Source: Thraustochytrium aureum (taxonomy: Eukaryota). Taken from it: a stretch of DNA of 64,000 nucleotides. Below are positions 1 to 12,271 of the stretch, in pieces. The position numbers were made by a program, and so were the translations under genes. How positions within the stretch are numbered: position 1 is the stretch's first letter; every line of letters starts with the position of its first letter. The stretch lies in NCBI GenBank assembly GCA_012862495.1, contig BLSG01000211.1, positions 33,143-97,142 on the forward strand, given 5' to 3'. The notes beneath the pieces were generated by a model. It saw nothing but the letters and a program-made list of their open reading frames with translations. It had not been told where the DNA came from and did no database searches.

Positions 1-57
1 GCTCAGCCAGCACAGCCAGCTCAGCCAGCTCAGCCAGCACAGCCAGCTCAGCCAGCA
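1..57 (+). repeat. 9-bp tandem repeat GC(T/A)CAGCCA x6, possibly coding (low-complexity N-terminus of the Deltex-like gene)
   Basis: gctcagcca/gcacagcca units read directly at the window start, with no stop in the frame of the downstream ORF. Confidence 0.8.
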
Positions 58-70
58 AAGCCCCGTCGAG

Positions 71-977
71 GTGGTGCGCAGCAGGCCCTCAGGCAGCGAC
101 AACGAGGATGAGGACGAAGACGAAGACGATTCCGACGACTCCGATTACAGAGACGACGAAGACGAAGGCGACTCCAACATGCAGAATAAACGGCGCAAGC
201 TCGCCGAGTCGAAATTTATCGAAATTGGGCGAGGCGAGATTGAAAAGGGGGAGCAGTGCCAGATCTGCCTCATGGAGTTCATAGAGGAAGACGACTCTAG
301 CGCTGGAGCAAGCGCAGCGAGCGGCGCCGCAAGTGCGACCTCGTCGAGCGCCTCTGTCCTCGGCGTGCCTGCGCTGGCTGCTGATCCCGACAGCGACGGC
401 GCGTCGACGAGGCGGTCTAAGCGCCAGCGAACCTCGGCGGACGAAGAGGTGGACTGCGTCAGGCTCAACGAGTGCCACGGGCACTTTTTCCACAAGGAGT
501 GCATATCGAAATGGTTTGTCTCCAAGCCCAAGTGCCCTAGCTGCAGCAAGTTTTACGGCGAAGAGCGCGGCTGCATGCGCGGCGACGGCACGATGACCAT
601 TTCGCGCCAAGCCACGAGCCTGCCCTGGGTACGCGGGCTGCGGGACCGTGACGATTTTCTACGACATCCCGAGCGGCGTGCAAGGCCACCGCCACCCAAA
701 CCCGGGCCAGCCCTACAGCGGTACCCAGCGCTACGCCTTCCTCCCGGACACGGCCGAGGGCAACAAAGTGCTCAGGCTCCTCAAGCGCGCCTTCAAGAAC
801 CAAGTCACGTTCACGATCGGGCGGTCGCTCACAACTGGGCGGGACAACTGCGTCGTGTGGAACGGGATCCACCACAAGACGAGCCGCGGCGGCGGGCCGC
901 ACGCCTTTGGGTACCCGGACCCGACGTACCTGAACCGCGTGCAGCTCGAGCTTGCGGCCAAGGGCCTTGTTGAGTAG
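71..977 (+). CDS. Deltex-family E3 ubiquitin ligase (RING-H2 + Deltex C-terminal domain), 5' end possibly outside the window, frameshift near 625
   Basis: CQIC...CHGHFFHKECISKWF..KPKCPSC RING. The second frame gives the DTC motifs TIFYDIPSGVQ..HPNPG, AFLPD..EG, FTIGRSLTTG, VVWNGIHHKT and GYPDPTYL. Removing one base at ccct restores SLPGYAGCGTVTIFY. Confidence 0.9.
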
Positions 978-1007
978 CAGTCAGATGTTGATCCTGTCTT
1001 TGTCGTT

Positions 1008-2448
1008 TCAGCGCCCCGCCTTTTCGCGCCGGCCGGCTGGGGCTAGTTGCTGCGGCCGATCGGCGGCAGCGGCCGCCGCTCCGCCGCCCGCAGGGCGGCC
1101 ACTTGCGATTCTCGGACGTGCTCGAGCACGAGGGCGATGCCCTCCTTGTCCAAGCGCCGGCTTCGCCCCAGCGCGCCCGTCACCGGGCCAAGTGGGCGCA
1201 TTCCCACCTTGCCGCCTTCCGCCTTCCGCCGCCCCTTTGCGGCCCGGTCGTGCTCGACTCGAGCGTCGGGCTCCTCTCGCCCGGCCAGCGCGACTTGACC
1301 TAGATTCGCTCTCCGCAGCTNNNNNNNNNNNNNNNNNNNNNNNNNNNNNNNNNNNNNNNNNNNNNNNNNNNNNNNNNNNNNNNNNNNNNNNCTCGACTTG
1401 ACGTTTGGCGAGCCCAGGATCTGCCAACCCAGCAGGTGCGCTCGCGGCCACGGGCTGGTTTCTTGCCCGAGTGAGCCAGCGGCGCCACCGCTGGACCTTC
1501 ACGGCAGCTGCGCGGCGCCGCCGAAACGCAGCGCATGCGCGGCTCGCCAGCGTTGCGACGCGTCCCCTTTCGGCTGCCAAAGCCTCCGCGAAGGCCGCGG
1601 ATCGCTCGAGCCTTGCAGCACGCGATTCTCGAGTGGCCTCAAGTTCAGCGAGCCGATTAGCAGCCGCAGCCCGCATTGCTTCGACCCGGCTCTTCGCGGC
1701 CCAACACCTCGCCCGCCGTTGAAGCGTGACAAGCGGCGCCAGCGCCAGCCGCAGCGCCGAAACGCGCCTCCGAGCGCGAGCGCCACGTGCTCGAGCCTGG
1801 AGACGCAGAGCACCCGTCCTCGCCAGGACAAAGGCTCGCCGTTCGCGCGACCTTCGCCACGCTCGACTGAGCAAGGTAGAGCAGTCCTGCTTGACCTGGT
1901 AGAGCCCCAGTCTTCGCTCAAGCTCCGCGACCTCTGCAGGGTCCATATCCGACTCAGAGTCAGAGCTCTGGGACTCCGAGTCTTCACTGAGCTCCGCGTC
2001 GTTGCGCGAACGCCACCACGGTCCTTTGGGGGGCCCAACGCCAGGCCCTTGGTCGTCGTCTTCCACGCTCGCTGCGCGTCTCAGGCGTCGCTCCAGCTTA
2101 CCTTGCGTCTTGAAAGCATGCTGCAGTTGCGCAATCGTCCAGGGCTCCGAAGCCTTTGCGTCTGCTCTGCTCGCTGTCGCGTTCGCCGTTGCAGTAGTCG
2201 GCGGCGCCTTCGTCGTCGCCGTCTCCGTCGCCGCCGTCTCCGTCGTCGACGTCGCCGTCTTGGTAGTCGTCGTCGTCGTCGTGGTGGTGGTGGCGGTGGT
2301 GGTGGCCAGGTTCAATTCCGTCGTGGCCTCCACTGGAAACGGCGGAACAGCATCGAGTGCCCCCATCGAGGCGCCCTCGGGCTCGCCAGCTGCCGCGACT
2401 GTCGCTCCACCGCCGCCGCCGCCTCGGCCGCAGTCAGGCAGAGCATGT
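1008..2448 (-). CDS. IQ-motif/coiled-coil protein with Thr-rich linker (boundaries uncertain, gap inside)
   Basis: IQ-like motifs LQARARGARARR, LQRRARCWAAK and VQRWRRW, plus a poly-Thr tract. Confidence 0.5.
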
Positions 2449-3580
2449 CCAATAGTGTAACGGACCTATTCGTGGAGCATTTTTCGTTTTTGCGACCGAC
2501 TTGGGGGTTGGGTCGCTCCTGGCGGCATCGCATTCGAGTCGCTGGCGCTCGGGGACGTTGCGCGTGTTCGCCGATTCGGGGCTTTGACGGCCTGCTGAAC
2601 GGGGCCCAGAGAGGCGCGGACCCCGACGCGGCGGGGGAAAAAAGTGTCGACCAATAAACCATTTGCAGCACATGGTTGACGGAAAGTGTTCAGGCTCGTG
2701 ACGCTTGGCTTGTTGCAGGCCGCGTGTGCGGCGCGGTTGCAGTTGCCGTGATTGAGCCCTCGTAGAGAAACCAGAGCTGGAGCCAGCTCGTCATCCCGGG
2801 CTCGAGCGCGGATTCTCTACAGATTATTGGATGGCGCCCTGCTGCACCAGCAGCATCCGCGCCCGCGCTTCGGAAACGCAGCAACAATCCTCCCTCCAGA
2901 GGAGAGAAAGAGTTCCGTTGCCAATCAGCCCAGTTGTTGCCCGATGAGCAGCAAGCAGTCCACCAACGCTCTCCCTGTCGCGAAAGGTTCCCGCCTCGCT
3001 CGCGCTTTCATACAACGAGGCCGCGGCCCAGCGCTTGGCCGTCGCGCAGCGGTGGTTGGCACTCCCCGAGCGCNNNNNNNNNNNNNNNNNNNNNNNNNNN
3101 NNNNNNNNNNNNNNNNNNNNNNNNNNNNNNNNNNNNNNNNNNNNNNNNNNNNNNNNNNNNNNNNNNNNNNNNNNNNNNNNNNNNNNNNNNNNNNNNNNNN
3201 NNNNNNNNNNNNNNNNNNNNNNNNNNNNNNNNNNNNNNNNNNNNNNNNNNNNNNNNNNNNNNNNNNNNNNNNNNNNNNNNNNNNNNNNNNNNNNNNNNNN
3301 NNNNNNNNNNNNNNNNNNNNNNNNNNNNNNNNNNNNNNNNNNNNNNNNNNNNNNNNNNNNNNNNNNNNNNNNNNNNNNNNNNNNNNNNNNNNNNNNNNNN
3401 NNNNNNNNNNNNNNNNNNNNNNNNNNNNNNNNNNNNNNNNNNNNNNNNNNNNNNNNATTGGCTCTACCTCCTCACCTACCTACCTACCTACCAACCAGCT
3501 CCAGAGCGCCAGAGGTACTTGCCGGCACCGGCCTGCGGCAGTGCTGCCGCCAGCCTTGCGACGCCAACACGGCCGCCAGC

Positions 3581-6500
3581 TCACGGGTAGAGGGCAGCGA
3601 AAAACGTCCGAAACGCAAGGGCACGCATTGGCGGCGGGAGATCCTGGGGCACCACGTACGAAGCCAGGGTGGGGTCCTCCTTATCAAGCTCACGCAAAAC
3701 CTTGGCAATGGCCCGCTCGAGCTCGAGCTCTTGCGGGTCGGCCTGGCCGAGGCGCAGGCGCGGCGCCATTTGCGCAAGCGCTGCGAGCTCGACATAGACG
3801 CTGTTCGAAAACACCTCCCAGCCGCGCGTGACGAACGCGCCATCAAACTCCACGTACGGGCCGGCCTCCTGGTCCCCCCTGGAGGCCATGCGCGCCGAGA
3901 GAAACAGGCGCACCGCGAGCCCAACCTTGCCCTCCTCAAGGTAGTAAGTCAGCTTTCGCACCACGTTCACCGGCGTGCTTTCCTTGGTCACGTGCCACGT
4001 TTCCGGGATGCGAGCGGCAGCGACACGAGCGTCTTCGAGGACGAGTCGGATGCTCGAATTGCCCCACAAGGTATTCTCCTCCAAAGGGTCGGCCGGCGCC
4101 AGATCGTGCACAAAGTACATGTTCGGGTCCAGTGGACCTAGCACAGCCGATGTCGCGTACTTTTTGTGAAGCCGCTTGCTGGCAGCGCGTGGTGGCGCCT
4201 GCTGCGGCGAGCCAAGCGCGCGGGCGTCCTTTTCCGCCACGACAGCCGCGAGCGAGGCCGCGTCCTGCCTCGACCGTTGCCACGTGCAGTGCACGTACCT
4301 GCGGCACCCGGGCACCCGCTCCTCAAAACAGAAGGGACCGGAAGGCCCAGCCGTTCCTGGTACCAGAGCAGGTTGTAATAGACCGCAGCATTCTCGCGGC
4401 GGACAAACTCGGGGCTCAGGCGAAAGTCAACCACGTCGCTCGACTGCTCCACGAGCGTCTCCACCGCCCTCCGCAACACGAGCGGGCTCATGTATTCGCA
4501 CTGGCCGTGCTCCCCGAGCTCTGCCAGCGCCCCCACGCGAAACTCTGCAAAGCTGAGCCGCGGCACCACAAGGAAGTCACAGTAAGGGCAGTCCTGGGCG
4601 AGCTGGCCGTCGTCCACGACCCAACCAAGCATAATATTGTCCTCCAGCAAACGGGACTTGCAGTTTGCGCACCTGTTGGCGCTCCAAATGCAGACGAGAG
4701 TGGCTGGCGCAGCCTGCCCGTCGGCGATCGACGGCATGCCGAGCTTGGGAAGCTTGCCTTTGCCCGCTAGCCGGAAGCTCAGGTACGCGAGCAGAAACGT
4801 CTGGAACCGCTTCCAAACCGTGCGCGGGCGGCGCCGCGCTTTCCCGGCGCCAGAGTTGTGCCGAATCGCGAGCGCCTGCGTGAAAAATCCGTACGTGACC
4901 GCGTTCGGCTTGCAGCCGCGCTCCACCAGCGAGTGGAAAGCGGAATTGGCGTCTGGGGCAAAGGCAGGGCCGCAAAAGGTGCAACTCGCGAGGACAGAGC
5001 GGCACGCGGCCTCGTCCAGGACCTGTCCGTGACGCTCTTTCAGCGAAACGACCGCCCCGAGCGCCAGCGAGAGCGCCAGGCGCCGCCGCGGGTAGCCCGC
5101 GGTGAGCAGCGCAGGCAGCAAAGTGGCCCAGGCCCCAACTACCTCACTAGGCAGCTCCGCGCCCGTGGCATCCCTGTGTGCAGCTCCGAGAATGCAAACT
5201 GCAGCTCCAGCTTGGCATGGCTGAGCTCTTCGGGCATGCGTACACCGGCAAGCGCGTACCTGAGCGAGTTGCTGTCGAGGCGGGCCAGCGAAACCCTTCG
5301 TCCGCTCAACCCTACCGCGCCCGCGGGCGCTAACGGCGGCGTCCCGCCAATTGTGACGGCCGCGCCGGCTGTCGAACTGGTTGTAATCGACCCGCGCCGG
5401 GTCCGCGGCGCCGAAACGGGCCCTTCCAGCGCGCTGACCGTGAACGAGCGGAGCCGGCTGTTGACAACACGCGCCGGGCGGATGCTGGCAACGTGAAACC
5501 CTGGCGCCGCCTCAACCGAGCGGCTGCGCGAGATGCTTTCGGCCTGCGCGGCCCTAGTGTCGTCCACGGCGGACCCCGACGACGGGGCGCTCCCTGTCGA
5601 GTTCCGCTTGGGGCCGAGCTTGGCGCTTGCCGGAAGGCTCCTCCTGTCCCGAGCTTTGCCGCCAGCCCCGCCAGCGTCCTCGCTGTCCCATATGTTTCGC
5701 GCTCGCTGTGCCCCCGGCGACAAGGGCACAAACACGGAGTGCACTGCTGCGGCTGCGGTGGCGGGCCGTGCCGGAGAGGATGCAGCCCTTGCACGTGCGT
5801 AGACCGGCGTCTGGGGCCACAAAGCCGCGTTTGGAGGCTGCTGCGCCCCCCCGAGGGCTGCAACGTCCGTACGGGCGGAGGCTGCTTGGCTCGCTTTTCG
5901 AAAGCGCGAAGGAGCGCGTCGTGGAAATTCGGGAATGATTCGTACGTGTACTGGTCCCGCCACGGGTTTTCTTCGCCGGCAGAACGGCCTCGCATTCGAA
6001 GCAGCTCAAAGCTGCGGCGGTGCGCGTCGCGCAGTTTACTGAAACGCGCCACGCCCCCCCCGCCTTCAATGGTGGTCATCTCGCCGGCATCCATTCCGTT
6101 GCCCATCGACTCGAGGTTGGCCAAGACGCGTGAACCAAAAGACTCGTGCCGCCCGCGCTCGCGGCGCTATGCAGCGTCTTGCTAGAGCGCCCCGATGTGC
6201 GGCTCTTGCCCGGTGGGAAAACAGTCCTGCCGCCGCGGCAGGCATGTGCATCGCCTTAAACCCAAACGACGCAGGCCGCTTGAGCCCGAGATCCCGCCTC
6301 AGCCCGCTCGCGTTGCTGCCAGGCCCGCCCGCTGGAGGATCTCGCAGAGCGCCCATGTTNNNNNNNNNNNNNNNNNNNNNNNNNNNNNNNNNNNNNNNNN
6401 NNNNNNNNNNNNNNNNNNNNNNNNNNNNNNNNNNNNNNNNNNNNNNNNNNNNNNNNNNNNNNNNNNNNNNNNNNNNNNNNNNNNNNNNNNNNNNNNNNNN

Positions 6501-8974
6501 NNNNNNNNNNNNNNNNNNNNNNNNNNNNNNNNNNNNNNNNNNNNNNNNNNNNNNNNNNNNNNNNNNNNNNNNNNNNNNNNNNNNNNNNNNNCGGGAGTCA
6601 CTGCCTGCGACCCCAGCAGCGCCACTCGAGGCGGAGGACGAAACCCAACCCCGAGCCCAGCGACGAGGGGTCCGCGCCAGAGGAGCCTACGCCGTGCCCG
6701 TCTCCCGGGCCAAAGTCGCCCGGCTTTGCAGTCGCTGCAGCAGCGTTATACTCGGCCGTAACCGCGTCGAAAAACATAAACTTGTAGCTCAGGTGCGTCG
6801 AGAAGGTGCGCTCGTCGATAAACTTGGTGAAGTGGAGCGATTTGGCCAACGAGACAGCAAAGGGTCGCGAGGCCTTGGGCACGGCCTGAAGAAACCCGTT
6901 GAGGTTGAAAATGTTGGCCAAGTTTGTGGGCGACACCTCGGACTGGCTCAACCCCTGCAGCGCAAGCTTGGGGGGCAAAAGGTAGTCGCGGTAGTGGCCA
7001 ACGAGCTCGATCATGAGCTGAATGGCGGCGTCGCGGATAGCAAACTGCAGCGCGCCGAGCGCCTGCTCACCGCTGGCCTCGAGCGGTGTCATCGCGTAGG
7101 CCATGTCCGGGCTCTGGTGCTCGAAACCGCGCGCTGCGCCGCGACCGAGGTCCTCCTCAAGCATCGGGGCAGCTGTGCGCACTGCCGCGGTGAGTCTGCG
7201 CATGAACGCGTTCAACGTTGCAGACGGCAAAAGGGGCGGCGCGCGGGCACTGCGCACTACCCGGAGGGGGTCGATCTCGTTGCCGCCCGCAGGCGTCTGG
7301 AGCAGCGCTGAGACGCTCACCGAAGTGACGCGCTCCAGCGTGTCCAGGTAGTAGATCTTGCCCACGTCGAGGTCTACTTCCCACACGTCCGGCGGGAGGG
7401 CGCACCGGCTGAGCGCCTCCGAGTGGATCCCGATCAGGAAGGGCATCGGTGCGTCGATGATGTGCACCAAATTGCTCGGGCAAACAGGGATGAAAATGTG
7501 CTGCCAGTTGAGCGGGAACATGAGCATGCTGATCGACTGCGCGACCTGGTTGAGGACCGAAACGAACCGCGAGTGGAGGATGACACGCTTCTCTAAGAGC
7601 ATTAACGTCAAAACCTGCGCAACCTCCTTGGGGCCGAGGCACTTGAGGACTGTCTCAAAGTTGACCGAGCAGAGCGGAAGGCCCGTCTCGGGCGGAAGCG
7701 AGAATCGGATGCCGTGGTCGGCCGAGCCGAACCGCAGCTCAAACCCGTGCGAGCCGGGCCGCGGCACGGGCAGCTGGTATATCAGCTGCCCCACAAAGCT
7801 CTCGAGAGGCAGCTCGGTCCGCGAGATGGAGACCTGGTAAAGGAGCATGAGGAAGCGCTTAAACTCGCGGTAGAACGGGTAGCGGGACAGAATGCAAAGC
7901 GTGACAGGACAGTAGACGCGGTGCTCCCCGCCTCCGAGCGCCGTTGAATACGACGAGGCCGTCGAACTCGTAGTCCGCTGGCTATCCCTGCTCAGCATTC
8001 TGTGGAGCTGCCTGCCTCTCAGCTGGTCACGCGCGTCATGGCCATCCGCAGAAGCGCCGTTAGCCCCCGCCCCGGCGTCGGGGCCGGGTAGCGAGTCAAA
8101 GCGCCCCCTGCCGCCCTCCCCGTCCTCGTCAGAGGCCAACGAGAACCAGACACGCGCGCCTCCCGCGTCGCTCGGCGCCGAGCAACGTCCTGCCAGCGCC
8201 GAGGCTTGGGCCTGCCGGGCCAGCAAAGGGTCGCCGTCGCCTTCCATCATGCTCAAGTAGGCGTCGTAGCTCCGCTCGAGCACCTCGACAGTCGATTCGT
8301 CGAGGGTCTCATAGAAGGTAAAGCACGAGGCGTGGACCTGGCTCCCGTCGTCGCGGGTCAGCACAAACGAGAAAAACCCCGGGAGCGGCACGTTGGTCAC
8401 CTCGCGGCGCATCAGGCGCATCCCGTTGGGCGCCGTGAACAGGGCTATCTCGGCTGGGAGCTCCAAATCGGTTCTCATCTCGCGCGGGACGCGGTCAGCC
8501 AGAGTGGCCGCCAGGGGCAAGTCGAGCATGCCGCGCGGCTCGGCGCGGCGCAGACACACATACATCTTGTTGCCGGTCCAGTTTCCTTCACTAGTGCTCT
8601 TCTCCAGGCACTCAAAGCCGTGCGGGACGGTCTCTTGCTTGGTCGCATTAATGATGCACATGTCCACCACAGGCCGCAGCGAGTGGTACCGCTCGGGGGC
8701 CTCCACGTCGCCCGGCTGTGCGCGCTTGACGGCGAGGAAAATGGCCTGCCCAAGGTACCCGTAGTTGAGGTTGGCAGGCATCGCGCCCGTGCGCGAGTGC
8801 TTGATGAGCTCGTAGCCAGCTGGCACCGGCTCTTTGTCCGCAAAGCCACCTTGACGTCCACGATAAAGCCCTCGGCCCTGCCGGCCCTCGCCTGCCTGCC
8901 GTTGGCCCGCTTGATGCAAATAATACCCCCTGCTGCCGACCACCCCGCTGTTGCAGTCGCCGCGAAACCCGAAC
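3581..8974 (-). CDS. DENND4/CRAG-like Rab GEF (MABP-uDENN-cDENN-dDENN, PPR-like repeat, C-terminal Cys-rich region), broken by gaps and frameshifts, 5' end in gap
   Basis: MABP-like PVPAGYELIKHS..GAMPANLNYG. DENN motifs FSFVLTRDDGS, LCILSRYPF, LLEKRVILHS and PLNWQHIFIPVCP..IIDAPMPFLIG. PPR-like GCKPNAVTYG. C-terminal CANC..CPYC..YMSPLVLRRAVE..YYNLLWY. Inclusion of 3581-4315 is less certain. Confidence 0.85.
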
Positions 8975-9526
8975 NNNNNNNNNNNNNNNNNNNNNNNNNN
9001 NNNNNNNNNNNNNNNNNNNNNNNNNNNNNNNNNNNNNNNNNNNNNNNNNNNNNNNNNNNNNNNNNNNNNNNNNNNNNNNNNNNNNNNNNNNNNNNNNNNN
9101 NNNNNNNNNNNNNNNNNNNNNNNNNNNNNNNNNNNNNNNNNNNNNNNNNNNNNNNNNNNNNNNNNNNNNNNNNNNNNNNNNNNNNNNNNNNNNNNNNNNN
9201 NNNNNNNNNNNNNNNNNNNNNNNNNNNNNNNNNNNNNNNNNNNNNNNNNNNNNNNNNNNNNNNNNNNNNNNNNNNNNNNNNNNNNNNNNNNNNNNNNNNN
9301 NNNNNNNNNNNNNNNNNNNNNNNNNNNNNNNNNNNNNNNNNNNNNNNNNNNNNNNNNNNNNNNNNNNNNNNNNNNNNNNNNNNNNNNNNNNNNNNNNNNN
9401 NNNNNNNNNNNNNNNNNNNNNNNNNNNNNNNNNNNNNNNNNNNNNNNNNNNGCAATGCTCGCCTCCGCGGCGCAAAGCCCTGGCGGCCCGCGCAGCTGCC
9501 TACCTTCTCCTACCAAGCAAGCTCCC

Positions 9527-9578
9527 GCACGCAGGCGCGCAGGCGCGCAGGCGCGCAGGCACGCTGGCACGCTGGCTG

Positions 9579-9609
<31 letters not shown>

Positions 9610-9610
9610 C
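9527..9610. repeat. GCAC/GCGCAGGC microsatellite-like tract upstream of the DENND4-like gene
   Basis: gcaggcgc and gcac tandem units. Confidence 0.75.
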
Positions 9611-10056
9611 GGCCGCGCCCTCTTCGTTTTTCGCCCTTCCTCGCTTCGTTCGGGGTCTGCTGCAGCCCGACTCAATCAACGCTGCGATCGATCGATTCTC
9701 GACCATCTTGAAAGGCATCCATGCGTCATGGACGGCTTCGCATTTCTGCGACGTCTTCCCTCCCGCGTGCAGGCGATGATGGCCACGGCCGATGCGCAGT
9801 GGGCAGGGTCGATGCTCGGCGGCGCGGGAGCTGCTCGATGCTGTTGGTGTTGCCCGGCGGCGGCCTGCGATACAACGCTGTGCGTAGCCCCGCGGAGGGC
9901 CGAGTGGCAAGGCGACGCGACGGGCGGCCCGCGCGCGCGGGGCGGGGATGATGCGCTGCGGACGCCAAGGTGGACGGGGGTTAACTTGCTTCGAGTGTTT
10001 CAGTGCGTGTGCGTCTCTCTGGTCCTCGCGAGGCAGTCTTGCACTGCGCGCGCCTC

Positions 10057-11347
10057 TCACTTGTCCTCGCGCGACAGCACCGCGAGGAACGCCTCCTGGT
10101 CGAGCTGCACGTTGCCGACGGTCTTCATGCGCTTCTTGCCCGCCTTTTGCTTTTCGAGGAGCTTGCGCTTGCGCGTCTGGTCGCCGCCCCCCACGACCTT
10201 GCCAGACTTCATGAGCACGTCCTTTCGGAACGGCTGGATCCGCTCGCGTGCGACGATCTTGCTGCCCACGGCGGCCTGAATGACGACTTCAAACTGCTGC
10301 CTCCGGATCGCCTTCTTGAGGCGCAACGCGACCTCGCGGCCACGCGCATGCGCCACCGAGTGGTGGCACACAAAGGTGAGCGCGTCGACTACCTTGCCGT
10401 TGATGAGCATGTCCACCTTGCCCACCTTCGAGGGCTCTGGGTCGGCGTCCTCGTACTCGAAGCTTGCAAAGCCGCTGCTCTTCGTCTTGACAGCCTCGTG
10501 CAAGTCGATAATGACCTCCTGGAACGGCATTAGGTACCGAATGATGACGCGGTTCTCGTCGAGGTGCGTGAGCTCGAGCTGCCGCGCGCGACGGTCCTTG
10601 AAAAGCAGCATCATCGACCCCATGTGCTCCGCTGGTGTCAGCAGCGTCACCCGCGCCATTGGCTCCAAGTAGTGCAGCACGCCAGTCGTCCCGATCTCTG
10701 GCAGCTCTGAGGGCGCCTCGGCCAAGACGGTTCTGCCGTCCTTCATCACTGCCCAGTAGGGCACCGATGGCGCCGTTGCAATAATCTCGGTTTCAAACTC
10801 GTCACGCAAGCGCTGGAAAAACACCTCCATGTGCAGCTGCCCCAAGAACCCGCACCTGTAACCAGCGCCCAGCGCGGAGCTCGTCTCGGGCCGCATCACT
10901 ACGCTCGAGTCGTTCAAGCTGAGCCGCTCTATTGCTTTGCGCAGGTCGTCAAAGTCGCCGCTGTCCACGGGGAAGATGCTCGCAAACACGCGCGGAGCCG
11001 AGTGGACCCCACGCGTGCCCGCCTCGGCCTCTGTCTGCCCCCGGCGGACCACCACGGCCGAGTCGCTCACCAGCTCGCCCACGTTGGCGTCGGCGCGCGC
11101 TTTGATGCCGGCAATGACGTACCCGACTTGCCCAACGCGAAGCCGGTTGCGTCTGACGGGCTGCGGGAGCAGCTGGCCCACTTCGCGCACATGAAAGGGG
11201 CGCGGCTCGGTCGAGCCGCGCGCGGCCAAGGCACCGGTGACCAGCACGTCGCCTGGCTCAATCGAGCCGTGGTCGACTAGCACCAAGCAGACCGTGCCCT
11301 GGTGCTGGTCGTACCAGGAGTCGACGATCGTGCCGTGATACTTGCTG
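10057..11347 (-). CDS. GUF1: Translation factor GUF1/LepA (EF-4), C-terminal two thirds; G domain lies in the gap
   Basis: LSLNDSS, SSALGAGYRCGFLGQLHMEVF.QRL, RQQFEVVIQAAVGSKIVARE, GGGDQTRKRKLLEKQKAGKKRMK. Confidence 0.95.
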
Positions 11348-12271
11348 NNNNNNNNNNNNNNNNNNNNNNNNNNNNNNNNNNNNNNNNNNNNNNNNNNNNN
11401 NNNNNNNNNNNNNNNNNNNNNNNNNNNNNNNNNNNNNNNNNNNNNNNNNNNNNNNNNNNNNNNNNNNNNNNNNNNNNNNNNNNNNNNNNNNNNNNNNNNN
11501 NNNNNNNNNNNNNNNNNNNNNNNNNNNNNNNNNNNNNNNNNNNNNNNNNNNNNNNNNNNNNNNNNNNNNNNNNNNNNNNNNNNNNNNNNNNNNNNNNNNN
11601 NNNNNNNNNNNNNNNNNNNNNNNNNNNNNNNNNNNNNNNNNNNNNNNNNNNNNNNNNNNNNNNNNNNNNNNNNNNNNNNNNNNNNNNNNNNNNNNNNNNN
11701 NNNNNNNNNNNNNNNNNNNNNNNNNNNNNNNNNNNNNNNNNNNNNNNNNNNNNNNNNNNNNNNNNNNNNNNNNNNNNNNNNNNNNNNNNNNNNNNNNNNN
11801 NNNNNNNNNNNNNNNNNNNNNNNNNNNNNNNNNNNNNNNNNNNNNNNNNNNNNNNNNNNNNNNNNNNNNNNNNNNNNNNNNNNNNNNNNNNNNNNNNNNN
11901 NNNNNNNNNNNNNNNNNNNNNNNNNNNNNNNNNNNNNNNNNNNNNNNNNNNNNNNNNNNNNNNNNNNNNNNNNNNNNNNNNNNNNNNNNNNNNNNNNNNN
12001 NNNNNNNNNNNNNNNNNNNNNNNNNNNNNNNNNNNNNNNNNNNNNNNNNNNNNNNNNNNNNNNNNNNNNNNNNNNNNNNNNNNNNNNNNNNNNNNNNNNN
12101 NNNNNNNNNNNNNNNNNNNNNNNNNNNNNNNNNNNNNNNNNNNNNNNNNNNNNNNNNNNNNNNNNNNNNNNNNNNNNNNNNNNNNNNNNNNNNNNNNNNN
12201 NNNNNNNNNNNNNNNNNNNNNNNNNNNNNNNNNNNNNNNNNNNNNNNNNNNNCCGGGTCGACAGCGAAGGG